This document shows positions 1 to 10,600 of a DNA stretch of 20,000 bases, in pieces. A model generated the notes under the pieces. That model saw only the letters and a program-made list of their open reading frames with translations, ran no database searches and was not told the origin of the DNA. The DNA lies in assembly GCA_036172245.1 (NCBI GenBank), contig JAYWIR010000145.1:44945-64944 (forward strand). Reading direction: 5' to 3'. Both the position numbers and the translations under genes were made by a program. The stretch is from Raillietiella orientalis (taxonomy: Eukaryota). Numbering within the stretch: the stretch's first letter is position 1; the number at the start of each line of letters is the position of its first letter.

Positions 1-27
1 TAGATTGCCTCGCGCTGCCAACGGATG

Positions 28-44
28 CTTCGTGAAAAAGCGCA
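28..44 (+). other. Degenerate CENP-B-box-like motif (cttcgtgaaaaagcgca), once per monomer; probably not a functional box
   Basis: Matches CTTCGTTGGAAACGGGA at 11/17 positions but only 6 of the 9 essential positions (nTTCGnnnnAnnCGGGn). The CGGG half is not conserved. Confidence 0.2.
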
Positions 45-428
45 AAAGTGCAATGGTGAAATCTCCTCACTTCGAATTGATTACAAACCAGCAAAAGATG
101 TAAATTTATACCATACCGTGAATCAGATCGAATTAAATAATTCCCTTTTCAATTCCGACAGTGGTTGCCATGAAAACAACACGGAGTGCAAAGAGCCCCG
201 CCCTAATGAAATGTCGGACTGTTCTTCATCCACCTCTAAACGCAGGAAATCGCAAGGTAGTGTGGTGATCTATGCCGGTAGATTTCCTCGCTCTGCCAAC
301 GGATGCTTCGTGAAGAAGCGCAAAAGTGCAATGGTGAAATCTCCTCACTTTGAATTGATTACAAACCAGCAAAAGATGTAAATTTATACCATACCGTGAA
401 ACAGATCGAATTAAATAATTCCCTTTTC

Positions 429-706
429 AATTCCGACAGTGGTTGCCATGAAAACAACACGGAGTGCAAAGTGTCCCACCCTAATCAAATGTCGGAGTGT
501 TCTTAATCCACTTCTGAACACAGGAAATCGCAAGGTAGTGCGGTGATCCATGACGGTGGATTGCCTAGCCCTGCCAATGGATGCTTCGTGAAGAAGCGCA
601 AAAGTGCAATGGTGAAATCTCCTCACTTCGAATTGATTACAAACCAGCAAAAGATGTAAATTTGTACCACACCATGAATCAGATCGAATTAAATAATTCA
701 CTTTCT
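429..706 (+). repeat. Representative 278-bp monomer (class B)
   Basis: Runs from aattccgacagtgg to aattaaataattcactttct. The next monomer (707-984) differs by only one substitution that I could see (attcac vs attaac near its end). Hand count: 62 C + 58 G of 278 (~43% GC). Confidence 0.95.
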
Positions 707-984
707 AATTCCGACAGTGGTTGCCATGAAAACAACACGGAGTGCAAAGTGTCCCACCCTAATCAAATGTCGGAGTGTTCTTAATCCACTTCTGAACACA
801 GGAAATCGCAAGGTAGTGCGGTGATCCATGACGGTGGATTGCCTAGCCCTGCCAATGGATGCTTCGTGAAGAAGCGCAAAAGTGCAATGGTGAAATCTCC
901 TCACTTCGAATTGATTACAAACCAGCAAAAGATGTAAATTTGTACCACACCATGAATCAGATCGAATTAAATAATTAACTTTCT

Positions 985-3832
985 AATTCCGACAGAAGTT
1001 GTCATGAAAACAACACGGAGTGCAAAGTGTCCCACCCTAATCAAATGTCGGAGTGTTCTTAATCCACCTCTAAACGCAGGAAACCGCAAGGTAGTGTGGT
1101 GATCCATTCCGGTAGATTGCCTCGCGCTGCCAACGGATTCTTCGTGAAGAAGCGCAAAAGTGCAATGGTGAAATCTCCGTACTTCGAATTGATTACAAAC
1201 CAGCAAAAGATGTAAATTTGTACCATAAAATGAATCAGATCGAATTAAATAATTCACTTTCTAATTCCGATAGTGGTTGCCATGAAAACAACACGGAGTG
1301 CAAATTGCTCCGCCCTAATGAAATGTCGCACTTTTCTTAATCCACCTCTGAAACCATGAAATTGCATGATGGTGCGGTTATCCATGACGGTAGATTGCCT
1401 CGCGCTACCAACGGGTGCTTCGTGAAAAAGCGCAAAAGTGCAATGGTGAAATCTTCAAACTTCGAATTGATTACAAACCAGCAAAAGATGTAAATTTGTA
1501 CCACACCATGAATCAGATCGAATTAAATAATTCACTTTCAAATTCCGACAGTGGTTGCCATGAAAACAATACGGAGTGCAAAGTGTCCCACCCTAATCAA
1601 ATGTCGCACTTTTCTTAATCCACCTCTTAAACCAGGAAATCGGAAGTGTGTGCGGTTATCCATGACCGTAGATTGCCTCGCACTGCCAACGTATGTTTCG
1701 TGAAGAAGCGCAACAGTGCAATGGTGAAATCTCCGTACAACGAATTGATTACAAACCAGCAAAAGAAGTAAATTTATACCATACCGTGAATCAGATCGAA
1801 TTAAAAAATTCACTTTTTAACTCCGACAGCGGTTGCCATCAAAAAAATAAGGAGTGCAACGTGTCCCACCCTAATCAAATGTCGGACTGTTCTTCATCCA
1901 CCTCTAAACGCAGGAAATCGCAAGGTAGTGTGGTGAACTATGCCGGTAGATTTCCTCGCGCTGCCAACGGATGCTTCGTGAAGACGCGCAAAAGTGCAAT
2001 GGTGAAATCTCCTCACTTCGAATTGATTACAAACCAGCAAAAGATGTAAATTTGTACCACACCATGAATCAGATCGAAATAAATAATTAACTTTCTAATT
2101 CCGACAGTGGTTGCCATGAAAAGAAAACGGAGTGCAAAGTGTCCCACCCTAATCAAATGTCGGAGTGTTCTTAATCCACTTCTGAACACAGGAATTCGCA
2201 ATGTAGTGTGGTGATCCATGCCGCTAGATTGCCTCGCCCTGCCAATGGATGCTTCATGAAGATGCGCAATAGTGCAATGGTGGAATCTCCTCACTTAGAA
2301 TTGATTACAAACCAGCAAAAGATGTAAATTTGTACCATACCATGAATCAGATCGAATTAAATAATTCACTTTCTAATTCCGATAGTGGTTGCCATGAAAA
2401 CAACACGGAGTGCAAAGTGCCCCGCCCTAATGAAATGTCGGACTTTTCTTAATCCACCTCTAAACGCAGCAAATCGCAAGGAAGTGTGGTGATCCATGCC
2501 GGTAGATTGCCTCGCCCTGCCAATGGATGCTTCGTGAAGATGCGCAATAGTGCAATGGTGAAATCTCCTCACTTCGAATTGATTACAAACCAGCAAAAGA
2601 TGTAAGTTTATACCATACCGTGAATCAGATCGAATTAAATAATTCACTTTCTAATTCCGATAGTGGTTGCCATGAAAACAACACGGAGTGCAAAGTGTCC
2701 CACCCTAATCAAGTGTCGGACTTTTCTTAATCCACCTCTAAACGCAGGAAATCGCAAGGTAGTGTGGTGATCCATGCCGGTAGATTGCCTCGCCCTGCCA
2801 ATGGATGCTTCATGAAGATGCGCAATAGTGCAATGGTGGAATCTCCTCACTTCGAATTGATTACAAACCAGCAAAAGATGTAAATTTGTACCACACCATG
2901 AATCAGATCGAATTAAATAATTCACTTTCTAATTCCGACAGTGGTTGCCATGAAAACAACACGGAGTGCAAAGTGTCCCACCCTAATCAAATGTCGGAGT
3001 GTTCTTAATCCACCTCTAAACGCAGGAAATCGCAAGGTAGTGTGGTGATCCATGCCGGTAGATTGCCTCGCGCTGCCAACGGATTCTTCGTGAAGAAGCG
3101 CAAAAGTGCAATGGTGAAATCTCCGTACTTCGAATTGATTACAAACCAGCAAAAGATGTAAATTTGTACCATAAAATGAATCAGATCGAATTAAATAATT
3201 CACTTTCTAATTCCGATAGTGGTTGTCATGAAAACAACACGGAGTGCAAATTGCCCCGCCCTAATGAAATGTCGGACTTTTCTTAATCCACCTCTGAAAC
3301 CATGAAATTGCATGATGGTGCGGTTATCCATGACGGTAGATTGCCTCGCGCTACCAACGCATGCTTCGTGAAAAAGCGCAAAAGTGCAATGGTGAAATCT
3401 TCTCACTTCGAATTGATTACGAACCAGCAAAAGATGTAAATTTGTACCACACCATGAATCAGATCGAATTAAATAATTCACTTTCAAATTCCGACAGTGG
3501 TTGCCATGAAAACAATACGGAGTGCAAAGTGTCCCACCCTAATCAAATGTCGCACTTTTCTTAATCCACCTCTTAAACCAGGAAATCGGAAGGTTGTGCG
3601 GTTATCCATGACCGTAGATTGCCTCGCACTGCCAACGTATGTTTCGTGAAAAAGCGCAACAGTGCAATGGTGAAATCTCCGTACAACGAATTGATTACAA
3701 ACCAGCAAAAGAAGTAAATTTATACCATACCGTGAATCAGATCGAATTAAAAAATTCACTTTTTAACTCCGACAGCGGTTGCCATCAAAAAAACACGGAG
3801 TGCAACGTGTCCCACCCTAATCAAATGTCGGA
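985..3832 (+). repeat. D-E-F-G run repeated at a 1,946-bp (7-monomer) offset: ~985-1886 and ~2931-3832
   Basis: Shared rare variants cctcttaaacc, aaaagaagtaa, gccatcaaaaaa and aaccatgaaattgcatg. ORFs 1415/3361, 1538/3484 and 1693/3639 are offset by 1,946 = 7x278. Confidence 0.85.
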
Positions 3833-4169
3833 GTGTTCTTAATCCACCTCTAAACGCAGGAAATCGCAAGGTAGTGTGGTGATCCATGCCGGTAGATTGC
3901 CTCGCGCTGCCAACGGATGCTTCGTGAAAAAGCGCAACAGTGCATGGTGAAACCTCCTCACTTCGAATTGATTACAAACCAGCAAAAGATGTAAATTTGT
4001 ACCACACCATGAATCAGATCGAATTAAATGATTCACTTTCTAATTCCGATAGTGGTTGCCATGAAAACAACACGCAGTGCAAAGTGTTCCGCCCTAATGA
4101 AATTTCGGACTTTTTTTAATCCACCTCAGAAACCAGGAAATCGCATGATGGTGCGGTTATCCATGACGG

Positions 4170-5700
4170 TAGATTGCCTCGCGCTGCCAACGGATGCTTC
4201 GTGAAAAAGCGCAAAAGTGCAATGGTGAAATCTCCTCACTTCGAATTGATTACAAACCAGCAAAAGATGTAAATTTATACCATACCGTGAATCAGATCGA
4301 ATTAAATAATTCCCTTTTCAATTCCGACAGTGGTTGCCATGAAAACAACACGGAGTGCAAAGAGCCCCGCCATAATGAAATGTCGGACAGTTCTTCATCC
4401 ACCTCAAAACGCAGGAAATCGCAAGGTAGTGTGGTGATCTATGCCGGTAGATTTCCTCGCTCTGCCAACGGATGCTTCGTGAAGAAGCGCAAAAGTGCAA
4501 TGGTGAAATCTCCTCACTTTGAATTGATTACAAACCAGCAAAAGATGTAAATTTATACCATACCGTGAAACAGATCGAATTAAATAATTCCCTTTTCAAT
4601 TCCGACAGTGGTTGCCATGAAAACAACACGGAGTGCAAAGTGTCCCACCCTAATCAAATGTCGGAGTGTTCTTAATCCACTTCTGAACACAGGAAATCGC
4701 AAGGTAGTGCGGTGATCCATGACGGTGGATTGCCTAGCCCTGCCAATGGATGCTTCGTGAAGAAGCGCAAAAGTGCAATGGTGAAATCTCCTCACTTCGA
4801 ATTGATTACAAACCAGCAAAAGATGTAAATTTGTACCACACCATGAATCAGATCGAATTAAATAATTCACTTTCTAATTCCGACAGTGGTTGCCATGAAA
4901 ACAACACGGAGTGCAAAGTGTCCCACCCTAATCAAATGTCGGAGTGTTCTTAATCCACTTCTGAACACAGGAAATCGCAAGGTAGTGCGGTGATCCATGA
5001 CGGTGGATTGCCTAGCCCTGCCAATGGATGCTTCGTGAAGAAGCGCAAAAGTGCAATGGTGAAATCTCCTCACTTCGAATTGATTACAAACCAGCAAAAG
5101 ATGTAAATTTGTACCACACCATGAATCAGATCGAATTAAATAATTAACTTTCTAATTCCGACAGTGGTTGTCATGAAAACAACACGGAGTGCAAAGTGTC
5201 CCACCCTAATCAAATGTCGGAGTGTTCTTAATCCACCTCTAAACGCAGGAAACCGCAAGGTAGTGTGGTGATCCATTCCGGTAGATTGCCTCGCGCTGCC
5301 AACGGATTCTTCGTGAAGAAGCGCAAAAGTGCAATGGTGAAATCTCCGTACTTCGAATTGATTACAATCCAGCAAAAGATGTAAATTTGTACCATAAAAT
5401 GAATCAGATCGAATTAAATAATTCACTTTCTAATTCCGATAGTGGTTGCCATGAAAACAACACGGAGTGCAAATTGCTCCGCCCTAATGAAATGTCGCAC
5501 TTTTCTTAATCCACCTCTGAAACCATGAAATTGCATGATGGTGCGGTTATCCATGACGGTAGATTGCCTCGCGCTGCCAACGGATGCTTCGTGAAAAAGC
5601 GCAAAAGTGCAATGGTGAAATCTTCAAACTTCGAATTGATTACAAACCAGCAAAAGATGTAAATTTGTACCACACCATGAATCAGATCGAATTAAATAAT
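4170..5700 (+). repeat. Second copy of the 15-monomer-offset segment
   Basis: Matches 1-1530 with several substitutions (e.g. ccataatg vs ccctaatg, cctcaaaac vs cctctaaac, acagtggttgtc vs acagaagttgtc). Co-linearity ends near 5700, where the class F monomer is skipped. Confidence 0.88.
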
Positions 5701-7651
5701 TCACTTTTTAATTCCGACAGCGGTTGCCATCAAAACAACACGGAGTGCAACGTGTCCCACCCTAATCAAATGTCGGACTTTTCTTAATCCACCTCTGAAA
5801 CCAGGAAATCGCAAGGTGGTGCGGTTATCCATGACGGTAGATTGCCTCGCGCTGCCAACGGATGCTTCGTGAAAAAGCGCAACAGTGCATGGTGAAATCT
5901 CCTCACTTTGAATTGATTACAAACCAGCAAAAGATGTAAATTTGTACCACACCATGAATCAGATCGAATTAAATAATTCACTTTCTAATTCCGACAGTGG
6001 TTGCCATGAAAACAACACGGAGTGCAAAGAGCCCCGCCCTAATGAAATGTCGGACTGTTCTTCATCCACCTCTAAACGCAGGAAATCGCAAGGTAGTGTG
6101 GTGATCTATGCCGGTAGATTTCCTCGCTCTGCCAACGGATGCTTCGTGAAGAAGCGCAAAAGTGCAATGGTGAAATCTCCGTACCTCGAATTGATTACAA
6201 ACCAGCAGAAGATGTAAATTTGTACCATAAAATGAATCTTATCGAATTAAATAATTCACTTTCTAATTCCGACAGTGGTTGCCATGAAAACAACACGGAG
6301 TGCAAAGTGCCCCACCCTAATCAAATGTCGGAGTGTTCTTAATCCACTTCTGAACACAGGAAATCGCGAGGTAGTGCGGTGATCCATGACGGTGGATTGC
6401 CTAGCCCTGCCAATGGATGCTTCGTGAAGAAGCGGAAAAGTGCAATGGTGAAATCCGCTCACTTCGAATTCATTACATACCAGCAAAAGATGTAAATTTG
6501 TACCATCAAATGATTCAGATCGAATAAAAAAATTCCCCTTCTCATTCCGAATGGTTGCGATGAAAACAACACGGAATGCAAAGTGTCCCACCCTAATCAA
6601 ATGTGGGACTTTTTTTAATCCACCTCAGAAACCAGGAAATCGCATGATGGTGCGGTTATCCATGACGGTAGATTGCCTCGCGCTGCCAACGGATGCTCCG
6701 TGAAAAAGCGCAACAGTGCAATGGTGAAAAATCCTCACTTCGAATTGATTACAAACCAGCAAAAGATGTAAATTTGTACCCCACCATGAATCAGAGCGAA
6801 TTAAATAATTCATTTTCTAATTCCGATAGTGGTTGCCATGAAAACAACACGCAGTTCAAAGTGTTCCGCCCTAATGAAATTTCGTACTTTTCTTAATCCA
6901 CCTCTGAAACCAGGAAATCGCATGATGGTGCGGTTATCCATGACGGTAGATTGCCTCGCGCTGCCAACGGATGCTTCGTGAAAAAGCGCAACAGTGCAAT
7001 GGGGAAATCTCCTCACTTCGAATTCATTACAAACCAGCAAAAGATGTAAATTTGTACCACACCATGAATCAGATCGAATTAAATAATTCACTTTCAAATT
7101 CCGACAGTGGTTGCCATGAAAACAATACGGAGTGCAAAGTGTCCCTCCCTAATCAAATGTCGCACTTTTCATAATCCACCTCTGAAACCAGGAAATCGGT
7201 TGGTTGTTTGGTTATCCATGACCGTAGATTGCCTCGCACTGCCAACGTATGTTTCGTGAAAAAGCGCAACAGTGCAATGGTGAAATCTCCTTACAACGAA
7301 TTGATTACAAACCAGCAAAAGATGTAAATTTATACCATACCAAGAATCAGATCGAATTAAAAAATTCACTTTTTAACTCCGACAGCGGTTGCCATCAAAA
7401 CAACACGGAGTGCAACGTGTTTCACCCTAATCAAATGTCGGACTTTTCTTAATCCACCTCTGAAACCAGAAAATCGCAAGGTGGTGCGGTTATCAGTGAC
7501 AGTAGATTGCCTCGCGCTGCAAACGGATGCTTCGTGAAAAAGCGCAACAGTGCATGGTGAAACCTCCTCACTTCGAATTGATTACAAACCAGCAAAAGAT
7601 GTAAATTTGTACCACACCATGAATCAGATCGAATTAAATAATTCATTTTCT

Positions 7652-10600
7652 AATTCCGATAGTGGTTGCCATGAAAACAACACGCAGTTCAAAGTGTTCC
7701 GCCCTAATGAAATTTCGTACTTTTCTTAATCCACCTCTGAAACCAGGAAATCGCATGATGGTGCGGTTATCCATGACGGTAGATTGCCTCGCGCTGCCAA
7801 CGGATGCTTCGTGAAAAAGCGCAACAGTGCAATGGGGAAATCTCCTCACTTCGAATTGATTACAAACCAGCAAAAGATGTAAATTTGTACCACACCATGA
7901 ATCAGAGCGAATGAAATGATTCACTTTCTAATTCCGACAGTGGTTGCCATGAAAACAACACGGAGTGCAAAGAGCCCCGCCCTAATGAAATGTCGGACTG
8001 TTCTTCATCCACCTCTAAACGCAGGAAATCGCAAGGTAGTGTGGTGAACTATGCCGGTAGATTTCCTCGCGCTGCCAACGGATGCTTCGTGAAGACGCGC
8101 AAAAGTGCAATGGTGAAATCTCCTCACTTCGAATTGATTACAAACCAGAAAAAGATGTAAATTTGTACCACACCATGAATCAGATCGAATTGAATAATTA
8201 ACTTTCTAATTCCGACAGTGGTTGCCATGAAAAGAAAACGAAGTGCAAAGTGTCCCACCCTAATCAAATGTCGGAGTGTTCTTAATCCACTTCTGAACAC
8301 AGGAATTCGCAATGTAGTGTGGTGATCCATGCCGCTATATTGCCTCGCCCTGCCAATGGATGCTTCATGAAGATGCGCAATAGTGCAATGGTGGAATCTC
8401 CTCACTTAGAATTGATTCCAAACCAGCAAAAGATGTAAATTTGTACCATAAAATGAATCAGATCGAATTAAATAATTCACTTTCCAATTCCGATAGTGGT
8501 TGCGATGAAAACAACACGGAGTGCAAAGTGACCCGCCCTAATGAAATGTCGGACTTTTCTTAATCCACCTCGAAACGCAGGAAATCGCAAGCTAGTGTGG
8601 TGATCCATGCCGGTAGATTGCCTCGCGCTGCCAACGGATTCTTCGTGAAGAAGCGCAAAAGTGCAATGGTGAAATCTCCGTACTTCGAATTGATTACAAA
8701 CCAGAAAAAGATGTAAATTTGTACCATAAAATGAATCAGATCGAATTAAATAATGCACTTTCTAATTCCGATAGTGGTTGCCATGAAAACAACACGGAGT
8801 GCAAATTGCCCCGCCCTAATGAAATGTCGGACTTTTCTTAATCCACCTCTCAAACCATGAAATCGCATGATGGTGCGGTTATCCATGACGGTGGATTGCC
8901 TCGCGCTACCAACGGATGCTTCGTGAAAAAGCGCAAAAGTGCAATGGTGAAATCTCCTCACTTCGAATTGATTACAAACCAGCAAAAGATGTAAATTTGA
9001 ACCACACCATGAATCAGATCGAATTAAATAATTCACTTTCTAATTCCAATAGTGGTTGCCATGAAAACAACACGCAGTGCAAAGTGTTCCGCCCTAATGA
9101 AATTTCGGAATTTTTTTAATCCACCTCAGAAACAAGGAAATCGCATGATGGTGCGGTTATCCATGACGGTAGATTGCCTCGCGCTGCGAACGGATGCTTC
9201 GTGAAAAAGCGCAAAAGTGCAATGGTGAAATCTCCTCACTTCGAATTGATTACAAACCAGCAAAAGATGTAAATTTATACCATACCGTGAATCAGATCGA
9301 ATTAAATAATTCCCTTTTCAATTCCGACAGTGGTTGCCATGAAAACAACACGGAGTGCAAAGAGCCCCGCCCTAATGAAATGTCGGACAGTTCTTCATCC
9401 ACCTCTAAACGCAGGAAATCGCAAGGTAGTGTGGTGATCTATGCCGGTAGATTTCCTCGCTCTGCCAACGGATGCTTCGTGAAGAAGCGCAAACGTGCAA
9501 TGGTGAAATCTCCGTACCTCGAATTGATTACAAACCAGCAAAAAATGTAAATTTGTACCATAAAATGAATCTTATCGAATTAAATAATTCACTTTCTAAT
9601 TCCGACAGTGGTTGCCATGAAAACAACACGGAGTGCAAAGTGCCCCACCCTAATCAAATGTCGGAGTGTTCTTAATCCACTTCTGAACACAGGAAATCGC
9701 GAGGTAGTGCGGTGATCCATGACGGTGGATTGCCTAACCCTGCCAATGGATGCTTCGTGAAGAAGCGCAAAAGTGCAATGGTGAAATTTCCTCACTTCGA
9801 ATTGATTACAAACCAGCAAAGGATGTAAATTTGTACCACACCATGAATCTTATCGAATTAAATAATTCACTTTCTAATTCCGACAGTGGTTGCCATGGAA
9901 ACAACACGGAGTGCAAAGTGTCCCACCCTAATCAAATGTCGGAGTGTTCTTAATCCACTTCTGAACACAGGAAATCGCAAGGTAGTGCGGTGATCCATGT
10001 CGGTGGATTGCCTAGCCCTGCCAATGGATACTTCGTGAAGAAGCGCTAAAGTGCAATGGTGAAATCTCCTCACTTCCAATTGATTACAAACCAGAAAAAG
10101 ATGTAAATTTGTACCACACCATGAATCAGATCGAATTAAATAATTCACTTTCTAATTCCGATAGTGGTTGCCATGAAAACAACACGGAGTGCAAAGTGTC
10201 CCACCCTAGTCAAGTGTCGGACTTTTCTTAATCCACCTCTAAACGCAGGAAATCGCAAGGTAGTGTGGTGATCCATGACGGTAGATTGCCTCGCCCTGCA
10301 AATGGATGCTTCATGAAGATGCGCAATAGTGCAATGGTGGAATCTCCTCACTTCGAATTGATTACAAACCTGCAAAAGATGTAAATTTGTACCACACCAT
10401 GAATCAGGTCGAATAAAATAATTCACTTTCTAATTCCGACAGTGGTTGCCATGAAAACAACACGGAGTGCAACGTGTCCCACCCTAATCAAATGTCGGAA
10501 TGTTCTTAATCCACCTCTAAACGCAGGAAATCGCAAGGTAGTGTGGTGATCCATGCCGGTAGATTGCCTCGCGCTGCCAACGGATTCTTCGTGAAGAAGC

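Larger units (their letters stand above)
1..1530 (+). repeat. Segment duplicated at a 4,169-bp (15-monomer) offset; partner at ~4170-5700
   Basis: Rare variants gtgaaacagatc, ggaaaccgcaag, ccattccgg and tcttcaaacttcg occur in both copies. ORFs 25/4194, 411/4580, 967/5136 and 1415/5584 are all offset by 4,169. Confidence 0.9.

Noticed and set aside
151..428. Phased A-tracts causing intrinsic curvature
   Set aside because: Short A runs are present, but I could not see consistent ~10-bp phasing across the monomer by eye.
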